DNA of 64,000 nt from Promethearchaeati archaeon SRVP18_Atabeyarchaeia-1 (GCA_037308085.1 CP147779.1:2112001-2176000); one strand, 5' to 3'; counted from the stretch's first letter, positions 1 through 10,609 are shown. The notes: generated from the letters alone by a model not told the origin. Numbers and translations are program-made.

Positions 1-708
1 GAGAACGCTGCTCCCTTCGCTTGGTCCACGCTCTTTGCCACTATCGCCCCAACTTCCTCCGGTCCGCAATGTGTCCACGTTGCTTTCACTTGATAGATCG
101 TCCGCGCCCCGAGCGGAAGCATCTACCTTAGTTGAGAGATCCCCCGGCAGTCTGGGAATCGCCAGAACAATGGCGGTGGATGCAAGATAGAGGATGAATG
201 CGATGAAGAATATGGTGGTGAATCCGTACGCATCGTAGACCAGCCCGCCGATCAATGGAGATGCAATTAGACCTATTGACCCGGACGAGACTAGTATACC
301 AAATGAGAGACCACGCTTTCCGGCGGGTGCGGCTTCGCTGGTGTATGACTGGACCGCTGCGACGCCTATCCAGCTTGAGCCAAACAGCGCAACACCTGGA
401 AGCGCGTATAACCATGAGTTAGAAAGCTCGGCCAGAATAAAGAAGAAAGGAGCGAAAACGGGTAGTAACCATGAAGCTATTACGAGTGTCCTTCTGTGAC
501 CGGCATCACTAAGAACTCCACCTGGCAGAAGGGTGAGGGCCATCGATGCAGACAGCAATGTCGCTACTAGGCCAATCTGAGGTGGGTTTGCATTCACGGT
601 TGCCAGGAAGTTCGGAAAGATGTACCCGTAAATTCCATAGCCTAGCGTGAACACCACGTTGGACACGGCGAGTATATAGACAGCCCTCATCCGGCCTTCT
701 CGCTTCAT
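1..708 (-). CDS. MFS transporter (partial, 3' end runs off the window start)
   Basis: Not in the ORF track. Manual translation from ATG at 708 gives MKREGRMRAVYILAVSNVVFTLGYGIYGYIFPNFL...LPGGVLSDAGHRRTLVI..., with an MFS motif-A-like GxLSDxGxRR and successive TM helices; the frame is open to base 1. Confidence 0.8.
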   Translation of the reverse strand, partial: MKREGRMRAVYILAVSNVVFTLGYGIYGYIFPNFLATVNANPPQIGLVATLLSASMALTLLPGGVLSDAGHRRTLVIASWLLPVFAPFFFILAELSNSWLYALPGVALFGSSWIGVAAVQSYTSEAAPAGKRGLSFGILVSSGSIGLIASPLIGGLVYDAYGFTTIFFIAFILYLASTAIVLAIPRLPGDLSTKVDASARGADDLSSESNVDTLRTGGSWGDSGKERGPSEGSSVL

Positions 709-1086
709 CCCGGTCAACCCCAGTGTCACATGCGTGCCAAACGCGCGCCCAGAGCCACGATCACTTCGGAAAGGCAGATTAAGCTTATCCTGCCAAAACC
801 AAGCTGGGAAATAGGTCTCAAAGGAAACAGTTACACGAATCCGCTTAGTATTAGAAGGAGCCCCCAAATATACCGGCGGCTTCGAGCGCTGATGGCTAGT
901 TCTTTCTCAGAGATCTCCGGGGAATCATTTTCCTGTAGGCTGTCCTCCCTGACGAACCATCTCACCCCAGAATCGATTGTCTATTCTACCAGCCACGTGT
1001 AGGAAGATGACAATCCTGCCAAGCATAATCCAAGAAGACACGCTGAGAAGTAGATGCCAGGCAACTCAGAGTATCCAGTGTTCCCT

Positions 1087-1620
1087 CTAGTTGTGCTGCG
1101 CCCTTTCGGTCATCTTGTTGGCAAGAGCCTTGAAGGCTTCATCTACGCCTGAATCAATTTTCGCAGATGTCTCAACATATGTTGAATCGTATTCTGTCGC
1201 AAATTGAGTGCCTTCTTCGACTGGAACTCCGACTATTCCCTCACCTGGGTTTCTCAAATCCACCTTGTTGCCAACGACTATCATGGGTATCTTGCCGAGT
1301 ATCGCCTGGACTCTCTCGATCCAGTCAACTAGTCGATCCATGGAAGCCTTCCTGGTCACGTCGAAGACGGCCAGCATCCCCTTCGCACCCCTGAAATATA
1401 TGTCTGCAACTTCTTTGAAGTGGGGTTGTCCTCCCAGATCCCAGATCTGGAGGATCATGTCTCCAGCCCCATTTGATATCTTTTTGACTGAGAGGTCGAC
1501 TCCAATGGTCATCTTCATGTCTTGCGCGAAGGCGTCATCCACGTACTGCCTCACAAGGGACGTTTTGCCAACGCCGCCTTCTCCAATGACGATGATCTTG
1601 AAGACATTCCTTCTTATCAT
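1087..1620 (-). CDS. Rab-like small GTPase (Ras superfamily)
   Basis: G1 GEGGVGKT, G2 TIGVD, G3 WDLGGQ, G4 NKVD and G5 ETSAK are all present; there is no C-terminal CAAX/CC prenylation motif. Confidence 0.95.
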   Translation of the reverse strand: MIRRNVFKIIVIGEGGVGKTSLVRQYVDDAFAQDMKMTIGVDLSVKKISNGAGDMILQIWDLGGQPHFKEVADIYFRGAKGMLAVFDVTRKASMDRLVDWIERVQAILGKIPMIVVGNKVDLRNPGEGIVGVPVEEGTQFATEYDSTYVETSAKIDSGVDEAFKALANKMTERAQHN

Positions 1621-1623
1621 TGC

Positions 1624-3138
1624 CTACCGTTTCCTCCGCTCATAGAACCATCTGTCGAACCTTCCAGAGACACCCAAGAAGAAAATCAGCGCGCCAAGGA
1701 GAGCAAAGACGGCCCCCAATAGGCCAAGCAGCGAGCCCACGTACGCTATCGGGTCAGGGGTAAAGGCACTTATGACCTCAAGGGGAGAGGCGAATATTAG
1801 GAAAAGGAACCCTATGAAGATTCCCAGAACTCTTCCCCTTCCTCTCTCTTTTGCCTTGCTCATCCTCCGCAACAAGACACCGAACATTGCCCCTGGGGTC
1901 ACCGTTATCGCCAGACCCGCAGCTGCCATAATAATCAGAAACCACACAGGCATTGGATACAACATGATCGATATTATGACAAGTGGCGCAATGACTAGGG
2001 CAGGAGCCAAAATCAGGGATTTGCGGTCCAGAGCATACATGGCCGCAACAAATAGGAACCCACCAGTCAACATTCCAACTGGCAAGGCGATCATGTCGAA
2101 CCAAGGATAACGCGCCCCTGACAAGGCATAGATATCCTGACCCACGACAGACAACAAGAAGTCTAACCCAGCGAAAAATGAGAACAGCGAAAGCGCCAAG
2201 GTTTGTTTCGAACGACTCTCCCTGTATCGCCCATAGACGTACGAGCCACCCAGAATGAATATCATCGCCGCAATAGTCGTCAAGACCAAGCTGGCGACAT
2301 ATAGGAACGGAAACGCTCCAAGAAACAGAAGCAGGATGTAGATCTCCAGGCTCACCACCGGCATGGTAATCGTGTACCCGATGATCTCCCCGCCGATTTT
2401 TCTCTCGGAGTACTGGAAGAACCAGTAGATCAACGACAGCGAGGCGACCCCTATGAAGATCATCATCGGCATAAGTGAGATGAGATCCTGATACAGCGCG
2501 ACGTGACGGAAGTATTCTGGCGGAACTAGGTAGAAGCCAAGATATCCGATGTATTCGGACACCGTACGTGTATAGTAAAAGAAATAGGCATAGTATATGA
2601 TCAGCCCCAAAAACATGCCGAGAGCGGTTTTACGCTTAGTTCTCCTCCAGAGATATCCGAAGAGAACCATCGGTATCAGAAGCAGTAGTGAAACCGTGGC
2701 CACCCATATTGACAGATACGGGTCATCCAGAGGATGTTTTGGTGAGAGTAGTGACAAGGCGTAGGCGATTGCTAGCAGGCCCACAGGCAGCGCGTAGAAC
2801 CGGGGTCTTCTAAGAGAACCAACTACAGCTACAAGAAGAGCGAAGCCAAACAGCGGCATTGCTAACTCGGAGATCAGGTTCCACGGATACAGCGCGTCAA
2901 TAGAAGAAGGAGGAAGGATCGCAGGGGGGGATGGAAGAGCCAGAAATGAGTAGAAGGTAACCAAACTTGAGATCAACCCAAGCAAGAAGGAAAGTGAAAT
3001 AACAAGTGTAGGCGTGAGCGCCGATCTTTGGTCAACCGGGGTCTTACCTACTCTACCCCTATAGAAATTCAGTACAGATACGAAGCTGAATGCAAAGTTG
3101 AATCCCATGATAACTGCAGCAGCAGAAAGCGCATCCAT
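1624..3138 (-). CDS. Polytopic membrane protein, about 15 TM, internal 7TM tandem duplication
   Basis: ORF 1624..3186 with likely start ATG 3138 after AGGAG. About 15 hydrophobic segments; TM1-7 align by eye with TM9-15 (e.g. IPMVLFGYLWRR / TPGAMFGVLLRR; ALGMFLGLII / VLGIFIGFLF). Confidence 0.85.
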   Translation of the reverse strand: MDALSAAAVIMGFNFAFSFVSVLNFYRGRVGKTPVDQRSALTPTLVISLSFLLGLISSLVTFYSFLALPSPPAILPPSSIDALYPWNLISELAMPLFGFALLVAVVGSLRRPRFYALPVGLLAIAYALSLLSPKHPLDDPYLSIWVATVSLLLLIPMVLFGYLWRRTKRKTALGMFLGLIIYYAYFFYYTRTVSEYIGYLGFYLVPPEYFRHVALYQDLISLMPMMIFIGVASLSLIYWFFQYSERKIGGEIIGYTITMPVVSLEIYILLLFLGAFPFLYVASLVLTTIAAMIFILGGSYVYGRYRESRSKQTLALSLFSFFAGLDFLLSVVGQDIYALSGARYPWFDMIALPVGMLTGGFLFVAAMYALDRKSLILAPALVIAPLVIISIMLYPMPVWFLIIMAAAGLAITVTPGAMFGVLLRRMSKAKERGRGRVLGIFIGFLFLIFASPLEVISAFTPDPIAYVGSLLGLLGAVFALLGALIFFLGVSGRFDRWFYERRKR

Positions 3139-3164
3139 TTTCTTGCAGACTCTCCTTTTATGCC

Positions 3165-3557
3165 CTATAGACCCACTTCTGCCCAACTAGCCACCCTATC
3201 TCTTAGGCTGATCTTCTTCGTCACGGCATCCCTGATCTCCATCTCGACTAGTTTGTCCGCGAAGCTATTCTGATGATCCTCTATAATCTTGCAGACCTCA
3301 TGCAGCCGCCACTTGGCATCCTGGTCGCCTTTGTCAGCCACGAGGGCGACATATACGTGCCCATTTGCCTTGATGTGGAACTTGAAGTCCTTTACGTTGA
3401 TCTCCTCGATATCACCCTGTGCGATCTTCTTAGAGAATGACTCCATTGCAGAAAGGAATCCAGTGAGAAGGGTGCTGTCGGCCTCAATGCTTCCGAGTTT
3501 CATGGTTACGAGAGGCTCTCCGTTCTCGCTGAATACATACACATTATGGACTGTCAT
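3165..3557 (-). CDS. Longin-like domain protein
   Basis: VHNVYVFSENGEPLV...DSTLLTGFLSAMESFS...IEEI...FKFHI...VYVALVAD fits the beta-beta-alpha-beta-beta-beta-alpha longin (sedlin/AP-sigma-like) pattern common in Asgard archaea. Confidence 0.75.
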   Translation of the reverse strand: MTVHNVYVFSENGEPLVTMKLGSIEADSTLLTGFLSAMESFSKKIAQGDIEEINVKDFKFHIKANGHVYVALVADKGDQDAKWRLHEVCKIIEDHQNSFADKLVEMEIRDAVTKKISLRDRVASWAEVGL

Positions 3558-3605
3558 TCTCTCATCTCCACCCTCGTTGCCTTTCCGTGCAGGTGGGATT
3601 CTCGC

Positions 3606-3857
3606 TCATAGTTCCGCGATCCATTTTCTGGCTTTGTCAAGTCCACCCTCTGTCTTCGGATCAACCAGCGGCTCTGCATCCCTTATCTTGAACTGTCTGT
3701 CAACATAGAGTGCAACATCGTGCTTGCTTGGGCATCTTGCGGGCACAAGTGCCGGAGTGCGCTTAGAATCAAGTATATCTTCCTCCTTGATTATTATCCC
3801 CGTGATCATCGTCTTGCAGACCGGGCAGGGGTACCCAGCAAGTTTTCTTTCAGGCAT
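3606..3857 (-). CDS. Small Zn-binding protein (CxxC...CxxxH)
   Basis: 83 aa with CPVC...CPSKH...LYVD..F.IR; first gene of the co-oriented cluster that contains the longin and GTPase genes. Confidence 0.7.
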   Translation of the reverse strand: MPERKLAGYPCPVCKTMITGIIIKEEDILDSKRTPALVPARCPSKHDVALYVDRQFKIRDAEPLVDPKTEGGLDKARKWIAEL

Positions 3858-4382
3858 AGCCCAAACAGACCTCTAGCTTCGATGTCTCCCTTTGTAAGAC
3901 GTGTTGATCTTGGAGTTCTGGGTTAGTTTCCTAAGGCAGTTTACTCCTATTACTCACTTATAGGGGATGGTATTTTTAAGATGTTCTGGCTGTGCTCGAT
4001 CCGTGAGCCCTTCTGTTGCGGAGGTCGCATTATTAGAATAAAAATTCGCTGTTGCGACAAGCTGCACTTCAAAGAAAGAAGAGATTCTGCATCCACTTCT
4101 CAGAATTCCCGTACTGCCGATTTCCAGTTCCGCGCAAAAATCGCCGACTGCCCTTCCGCGCGCGTGTTTCCTCCGACATGCGCCCCACGCACCCAGAGTC
4201 AAGCATTCGAACGAACCTAGTTCCGCCTTCATTCTGAACCCAGGACAAAGACCACACACTTATATTCACATGCCTTCACTCAGAGAAGGGAAGTGAGCGA
4301 CTCGCTGCGTATGACCGTCAATGCGAGAAGAGGCATGCCAGAGGAGCATTGCGCTTGAGCCCTTGCCGGAGGAAAGCAGGAA

Positions 4383-5798
4383 TTGGAGAGCCCGCCGAGC
4401 CTTAGAAGAACTGCGCTACTAATCGCTTCGCTGAGTTCCTTTCTTACGCCCTTCATGGGTTCTGCGATAAGCCTAGCGGTCCCACCCATCGCCGCGGAGT
4501 TCAACATGGATGCGGTCTCGCAGGGCTGGATCGTAACAGCCTATCTTCTGGCGGCCGCCATGTTTCTCGTTCCACTAGGAAAAGCAGCAGATATCCACGG
4601 AAGAAAGAAGGTTTACCAATACGGCATAATCCTTGATGCACTTGCAACTATTTTGTGCGCGATATCGTTCTCCTCGCCCTGGCTCATTTCCTTCAGGGTT
4701 CTACAAGGTTTCGGAGACGCAATGATATTCGGCACCAGCTTGGCAATTCTGATCGCCGTCTACCCATTCAGAGACAGGGGGAAAGTTCTTGGCATATCCA
4801 CGGCGGCAACTTACATCGGACTATCCTCTGGACCCTTCATAGGAGGATTCCTCACGCAGAACTTCGGGTGGAGAAGTATCTTCATCTTCATTCTCATTCT
4901 AGACGTAATCATAATCGTTCTACTGTTCTCTTGGCTCAAAGGAGAATGGAGCGGCTCGAAGGGTGACACGTTTGACTGGGGTGGAGCAGCAGTCTATGCC
5001 CTGATGCTTTTCCTGGCAATCTACGGTTTCACGCTCCTGCCACTCGTTCAAGCGTACTGGGTAATCGCAGGAAGCCTCTTGTTTCTCCTATTCTTCGCGC
5101 TTATAGAATCCAAGGTGAAATCTCCCGTATTGGAGCTGAAGCTCTTCAGGCACAACCCGGTATTCGCCTTCTCGAACCTCGCCGCACTCATTAACTACAG
5201 CGCGACATTCGCGGTGACCTTCCTCATGAGCCTCTATCTGGAAGATGTAAGGGGCTTCTCCCCGCAATATGCGGGAGTGATACTCGTGTCGCAGCCAATC
5301 ATCCAAGCGATCTTCTCGCCGATAACGGGTCGCCTATCGGACAGGGTTGAGCCGCGAATTGTCTCCTCCATCGGCATGGCAGTGCTGGTTTTCGGCCTCT
5401 ACCTATTTGTGCCCATAGACAGCTCAACAGATCTACAATTCATCATCGGGAATCTGATGATCCTTGGCTTCGGCTTCGCACTCTTTTCATCCCCAAACAT
5501 GAACGCGATCATGAGCTCGGTTGAAGGAAGATATTATGGGGTCGCCTCTGCAACGGCAGGAACGATGAGGCTTGTCGGCCAGTCGCTAAGCTTGGGGATC
5601 GCAATGCTCTTCTTCGCGCTAATCATCGGTAGAATACTCCCTTCCAACCCGCTCTATCCGGCCCTTCTTGTTAGCAGCATGAGGGCGCTATTCGCCATCT
5701 TCGCCGTGCTATGCTTCATCGGAATATTCGCGTCGCTGGCAAGAGGCAGAGTGAGAAGAGAGAACCAACGCGAAGGCAAAATGAAGGCGCATGATTAA
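4383..5798 (+). CDS. MFS drug/metabolite transporter (DHA2/EmrB-QacA-like)
   Basis: About 14 TM; motif A GKAADIHGRKK and GRLSDRVEPR; GPFIGGFL...GWRSIF motif. Confidence 0.92.
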   Translation: MESPPSLRRTALLIASLSSFLTPFMGSAISLAVPPIAAEFNMDAVSQGWIVTAYLLAAAMFLVPLGKAADIHGRKKVYQYGIILDALATILCAISFSSPWLISFRVLQGFGDAMIFGTSLAILIAVYPFRDRGKVLGISTAATYIGLSSGPFIGGFLTQNFGWRSIFIFILILDVIIIVLLFSWLKGEWSGSKGDTFDWGGAAVYALMLFLAIYGFTLLPLVQAYWVIAGSLLFLLFFALIESKVKSPVLELKLFRHNPVFAFSNLAALINYSATFAVTFLMSLYLEDVRGFSPQYAGVILVSQPIIQAIFSPITGRLSDRVEPRIVSSIGMAVLVFGLYLFVPIDSSTDLQFIIGNLMILGFGFALFSSPNMNAIMSSVEGRYYGVASATAGTMRLVGQSLSLGIAMLFFALIIGRILPSNPLYPALLVSSMRALFAIFAVLCFIGIFASLARGRVRRENQREGKMKAHD

Positions 5799-5903
5799 CA
5801 GGAACACGCCGACACTCGCGGCGGACTCTCTCCTTCACAGGCACAGTAACCCGAGCATCATTCGAAGAAATCTTATATAGCCAGTCTAACCTAAGAGGAA
5901 ACC

Positions 5904-6311
5904 ATGGCAGTATATCTTGCATCTACTCTGGACCTGATACTCCAATCAGCCGTTCTCGTGATCCTAATCGCTGGCATAGGATTGGAAAAGCGGAATCGCA
6001 AGCTAGGAATGACGCTGCATCACAACTTGATGGCCACTGCGATCCTTCTGAACATTATCGGTTTCATATTAGCAATGCTGCCCTCCATGATCTATTTCCT
6101 CTCAGAGCTTGCAGCGCTTGACGGTACGACACTCTTGCTCGCCATGGTCCATGCAATCTTCGGAGCACTGGGGATAATCTTCGGCGTCGCCTTCGTCGTC
6201 AAGCTCTTGCCAAAGAAACTCCAACTCTGGATGCGTCTTACCGCGCTCTTCTGGTTCGTCGCACTCGCCTTTGGATTCCTGCAGTACTTCCATTTGGCGG
6301 GGGTATTCTGA
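5904..6311 (+). CDS. Small 4-TM membrane protein (DUF420/cytochrome b561-like His pattern)
   Basis: Four hydrophobic helices with His residues (LHHNLM, VHAIFG). Confidence 0.6.
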   Translation: MAVYLASTLDLILQSAVLVILIAGIGLEKRNRKLGMTLHHNLMATAILLNIIGFILAMLPSMIYFLSELAALDGTTLLLAMVHAIFGALGIIFGVAFVVKLLPKKLQLWMRLTALFWFVALAFGFLQYFHLAGVF

Positions 6312-6535
6312 GCACCCGGGGCGTCGTCCAGCGGTGGTGCACCTGAAGCACCCACTATTACCTAAGCGAATCAACGTCAGAACTGCCAAGAGAGTTCCGT
6401 ACTCTTCGCACCCTGCAAACTTATCGCCTATATGCCATGCTCGTGAGCCCACGCAAATCCCTAAGGATAGATAAGACTTAATTACGGAATATGTAACATC
6501 TATTCAACGCAAAACCAATATCAAAAACGTGAAAG

Positions 6536-6877
6536 ATGAAGAGGGTGATACTAGTAGTGGCAAAGTCAGATGACAAACCCGCAGCAGATTCTTCAAGGAG
6601 ATTGAGACCAGGAGACCTAGTACAGAGAGTGCCCTGGTCAGAGCTCCGGAAGCAAATGGTAACCTCAATAGGGACGGCTTTCGGCGTACTCATCGGTTTC
6701 GTCTGGACTGGGGTCGTTACACAGGCCTTTACAGCAGCCGGACTGATAGTCGCTGGAAGCGTTACCGGCTGGGGCAGCTGGATTGGAGTTGCATTTGGTG
6801 CTGTCCTTGTGACCATCATCAGTGTTTTCGCCTTGGTAATAATCGCAAGGTACCAGGCAAAGCAACCGCAGAAGTAG
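6536..6877 (+). CDS. Small membrane protein (DUF5654-like)
   Basis: TSIGTAFGVLIGFVW..V...F followed by a second TM; the start may be GTG 6557. Confidence 0.6.
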   Translation: MKRVILVVAKSDDKPAADSSRRLRPGDLVQRVPWSELRKQMVTSIGTAFGVLIGFVWTGVVTQAFTAAGLIVAGSVTGWGSWIGVAFGAVLVTIISVFALVIIARYQAKQPQK

Positions 6878-7114
6878 TTCTGGCGAATCCTGAAGCGTTG
6901 GTTGGCCGTAAGGCTAAATGGATTTAAGTCCTTGGCAGAGCGCACTGCATCCATCCCGCCAGCACTTCTTTTTCTTTTTGATCTCATCGTGACGTGAGTT
7001 GTTGCACAATACATAACATCGGTAGCTGACGCGGTTCTGATTGGAGGCAAGTATTTATCCCTTGTAGGCGAACAATCTCTGTTGTGACTAGGTGTGATCA
7101 GGTGATGGAGTGTC

Positions 7115-9676
7115 ATGAGTTCGAAAAATGTTGGTGGCACCTGCTATTTTCTGGGTCATAGTCACATTGATGCCGCGTGGCTTTGGACCTTCCCGGATAC
7201 GATGAATGTTATTCATGATACCTTTGAAACTGTCCTCGCCCTCATGGACAAGTATGCTGGGTTCATCTTCTGCCAGAGTAGCGCCCAGTACTACAAGTGG
7301 CTGGAGGAGAAGCACCCAGAAACCTTCGACAAAGTCAGGAAGAGGGTGAAGGATGGTCGCTGGGAAATCGTCGGGGGCTCGTGGGTGGAGCCAGATGGAA
7401 ACCTTCCTTCAGGAGAATCGTATGTGAGGCAGTATCTCTATGGAAAACGGTACTTCAAGGAGAAGTTTGGTGTCGAAGTCAAAGTTGCATGGATGCCTGA
7501 CTCATTCGGATATGCTTGGACCCTACCCCAGATAATGAAGAAGGCTGGAATGCTTTACTTCCTTACCCAAAAAATGAGTTGGAACGACACAACAGTTTTC
7601 CCCCACCACTTCTTCAAGTGGGTGGCCCCCGACGGCTCCTGGCTCTACGCTCACCAGAATGTGGGCTCATATAGTGAGACCGTTGCTGAGCAGGACATGG
7701 TCAGGCAGATGAAGGATTTGCGGTCTAGTCAGCAACTGGACGATCTGTTGGTCCTCTTCGGGGTTGGAGATCATGGAGGAGGAGTCACAGAAGATATGAT
7801 CAAGAATGCGACAGAATTCGTCGATGGGAAGAAGCAACTGAAAGGTGTCTTCACAACGGCTCACGATTTCTTCAACACGATAATCAAGAAAACTCAGGGG
7901 AAGATCCCAGAACTCAACGACGAGATGTATCTCGAATTCCATCGTGGGACTTACACGACGCAGTCAAGGACAAAGAAGAACAATAGAAGGGCTGAATGCC
8001 TCCTAGAAACTGCTGAGAAATTCTCAACTCTTGCAACGATGTATGGTTATAGGTATCCAATCGCGGAATTCAGAGACTGTTGGGAGAAGCTTCTGCTGAA
8101 CCAGTTCCATGATGTCCTGCCTGGGTCGGCAATATCGGATGTCTATAGGGATTCCGAAGAGTACTTCAAATCAATCTTCGGGACGCTGGACTCGGTAACC
8201 TCAAGATCTCTGAAGGCGATTGCATCCAAGATTGACACATCTGGGGAAGGCAGATCGCTACTTGTATTCAATCCTCTGTCGTGGGAGAGAACTGATGTGG
8301 CCGAGTTTTCTCTGAAGGATACCGGGGACATATCCGAGATCTACGACGAAAACGGGCAGTTGATCCCATCGCAAATAATCGAGGAGGAAAGAAAGCTCAT
8401 TTTCGTAGCAAAAGGCGTGCCATCGATTGGCTACAAGGAGTACAAGGCCAAACGTACGGGTCAAGTGAGGAAGAAGCTAACGACCGACATATCCGCAAAG
8501 GAGACAGACAGAGAAATCAAAATGGAGAACGATTTCCTTATACTCAAGATTGACAAGGAGACCGGACTAATAAGCAGCGTTTTTGACAAGACGACGCAGA
8601 AGGAAATCGTTCGAGGTGAAGCAAACCTAGTCCAGATCTTCGACGACACCCCTGTTAGTGGAAGAACCAGCGTTGCCTACCCTATCGATGCATCGATGTT
8701 CGACGCTTGGGAAACCTTCATCCACCAACAAAAGGGCGGATCAAAGTGTACCGAATTGAGCCATCCAGTCATAGTAAGACTGGCAGAGAATGGACCAGTG
8801 AGAGCGCGGATCCAGGCTAAACACCAGTACAGCCAACAAGGCAGACAGGACTCGGCATTTGTCCAGGAGATAATTCTACATCATGGGATTCCGTTGGTGC
8901 AGTTCAAGATAAGCGTAGACTGGCACGCGGAGCACAGACTCGCGAAGGTAGCTTTCCCGCTGAGTATCCGCAGCGATCATACGACCTACGAAATCCCCTA
9001 CGGTTTCATTACCCGCCTCGACCCCACCTCACCCAAAGCAACGAAAGCTGAAAAAGCCAAGTACGAGGCCTCAGGTCAGAAATGGATCGACCACACTAGC
9101 GAAGATAACAGCTACGGCGTCAGTCTCCTCAACGACTGCAAATATGGCTTCGATGTGGCCAGTGACGTGATCAGAATGACGCTCCTAAGAAGCGCCTCCT
9201 ATCCCTTTGGATTGCGCCGGCTCTTCGGTCTTCCAGTAGATGATGCCACGCTATCGCAGCTAACCGACCAGGGAGCACATACGGTCTCATACGCACTCTA
9301 CCCACATGGATCGAGCTTCAAGGAAGCTCTGACAGCCAGAAAGGCCTATGAATTCAACTACCCACTGGTTGCCGTTCCGGAGCCAAGCCACAAAGGGGAT
9401 CTGCCTAAATCACACTCCTTCATCACAGCTGAACCAGACAACGTAATTATCACGGTCTTCAAGAAGGCAGAAGACTCAGAAAACACAATCCTAAGATGCT
9501 ACGAAACCAATGGAAAAAATGCGAAACTCACCATACGGACGCCCGAAGCATTCAAGAAGGCCTCCGAGACCGACCTCATGGAAAACCAAACATCCACCCC
9601 CGTCGCCAATGAGAAAATAGTCAACCTACCGATATCCAAGCACGAGATAAAGACACTAGAGCTCAGCAAGAGCTAG
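7115..9676 (+). CDS. Alpha-mannosidase, glycoside hydrolase family 38
   Basis: GHSHIDAAWLW Zn motif, WMPDSFG nucleophile, GVGDHGGG, LYLEFHRGTYT-like segment and NQFHDVLPGS. Confidence 0.95.
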   Translation: MSSKNVGGTCYFLGHSHIDAAWLWTFPDTMNVIHDTFETVLALMDKYAGFIFCQSSAQYYKWLEEKHPETFDKVRKRVKDGRWEIVGGSWVEPDGNLPSGESYVRQYLYGKRYFKEKFGVEVKVAWMPDSFGYAWTLPQIMKKAGMLYFLTQKMSWNDTTVFPHHFFKWVAPDGSWLYAHQNVGSYSETVAEQDMVRQMKDLRSSQQLDDLLVLFGVGDHGGGVTEDMIKNATEFVDGKKQLKGVFTTAHDFFNTIIKKTQGKIPELNDEMYLEFHRGTYTTQSRTKKNNRRAECLLETAEKFSTLATMYGYRYPIAEFRDCWEKLLLNQFHDVLPGSAISDVYRDSEEYFKSIFGTLDSVTSRSLKAIASKIDTSGEGRSLLVFNPLSWERTDVAEFSLKDTGDISEIYDENGQLIPSQIIEEERKLIFVAKGVPSIGYKEYKAKRTGQVRKKLTTDISAKETDREIKMENDFLILKIDKETGLISSVFDKTTQKEIVRGEANLVQIFDDTPVSGRTSVAYPIDASMFDAWETFIHQQKGGSKCTELSHPVIVRLAENGPVRARIQAKHQYSQQGRQDSAFVQEIILHHGIPLVQFKISVDWHAEHRLAKVAFPLSIRSDHTTYEIPYGFITRLDPTSPKATKAEKAKYEASGQKWIDHTSEDNSYGVSLLNDCKYGFDVASDVIRMTLLRSASYPFGLRRLFGLPVDDATLSQLTDQGAHTVSYALYPHGSSFKEALTARKAYEFNYPLVAVPEPSHKGDLPKSHSFITAEPDNVIITVFKKAEDSENTILRCYETNGKNAKLTIRTPEAFKKASETDLMENQTSTPVANEKIVNLPISKHEIKTLELSKS

Positions 9677-9887
9677 CATATGGCGATAATTCCACTTTTG
9701 ACCTGACCTTCTGCGAGTATCGCATGCGAATACTCAGCCTTTTAAGACTATAGCGCGTCCTAGCATCCGAGCTTCACGTAAGGAATGTGGATGGTCGGGT
9801 TTCCAAGAAAAGATACAGCAACCGCCTCGCAGGGAAAACCTGACTTACACTCTCGGTGACCGAGGCAAACTGGAGGATCAGTGCACG

Positions 9888-10274
9888 ATGAGTGAAAAAA
9901 AGAGTCTAAAAAAAGAACTGGAAACCGTTTTGAAAGACATGGAGCAGGCAATTGGAGACGTCGAAGGAGCGGCGGTCGTAAGAACCGATGGCTTGATCGT
10001 AGCTTTCGCAATGCCTAGAGAAACAGACGAATCCCTTGTCGCCGCAATGTCAGCTGCCCTCCTGAACATTGGCTCCAGAACTGTCAAGGAGCTGGCCCGA
10101 GGGGACCTCGAAAAAGTCATAGTTAGCGGAACCAAGGGCGACGTCGTACTCATGGGAGCTGGCCAGGACGCAGTACTGTCTGGCATTACGAAGCAGAGCG
10201 CAAATATCGGTCTCGTGCTGGTAGAGATGAAGAGAACCAGCGCAAAACTAGGACAGCTAATGAGAGGAAGTTAG
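9888..10274 (+). CDS. Roadblock/LC7 domain protein
   Basis: GAAVVRTDGLIVA...VAAMSAALL..G...ELARG.LE.VIV.G..G...ANIGLVL is the roadblock signature. Confidence 0.93.
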   Translation: MSEKKSLKKELETVLKDMEQAIGDVEGAAVVRTDGLIVAFAMPRETDESLVAAMSAALLNIGSRTVKELARGDLEKVIVSGTKGDVVLMGAGQDAVLSGITKQSANIGLVLVEMKRTSAKLGQLMRGS

Positions 10275-10327
10275 ACTGTAACTCGACCTTCCTAAGCGTC
10301 CTTCCCTATTTTTGTATTTAACCGGCA

Positions 10328-10606
10328 TCATCCATATTCCCAGACGACCCCCGTCCCCCCGTCTGGATAGGAGAAGTCGATGGCGTCAGACCTACAGACG
10401 ACCCAGCAACTTCCACACTCAACGCACTTCTTGCGATAATCCGGCGACAAGACTGCCTTGCCTTTTCTCAGTCCCCATATGTTCATGGGGCAGACCTTGA
10501 CGCATCTTGCGCACCCTGTGCATCGAGACTCACTGTAAGCTATGAATTCTCCTGTCTCCCCTACTCTTCTGACAAGCTTTCTAAGGTCAACTTCTTTTGT
10601 AACCAT
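10328..10606 (-). CDS. Ferredoxin (2x[4Fe-4S], FixX-like)
   Basis: CTGCARCVKVCP and CVECGSCWVVC, with the FixX-type tail YPDGGTGV. Confidence 0.9.
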   Translation of the reverse strand: MVTKEVDLRKLVRRVGETGEFIAYSESRCTGCARCVKVCPMNIWGLRKGKAVLSPDYRKKCVECGSCWVVCRSDAIDFSYPDGGTGVVWEYG

Positions 10607-10609
10607 GGT

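Noticed and set aside
730-1080. Small ORF or degraded membrane-protein gene downstream of the GTPase
   Set aside because: The hydrophobic minus-strand frame has stops and no start or recognisable motif, so it cannot be supported.
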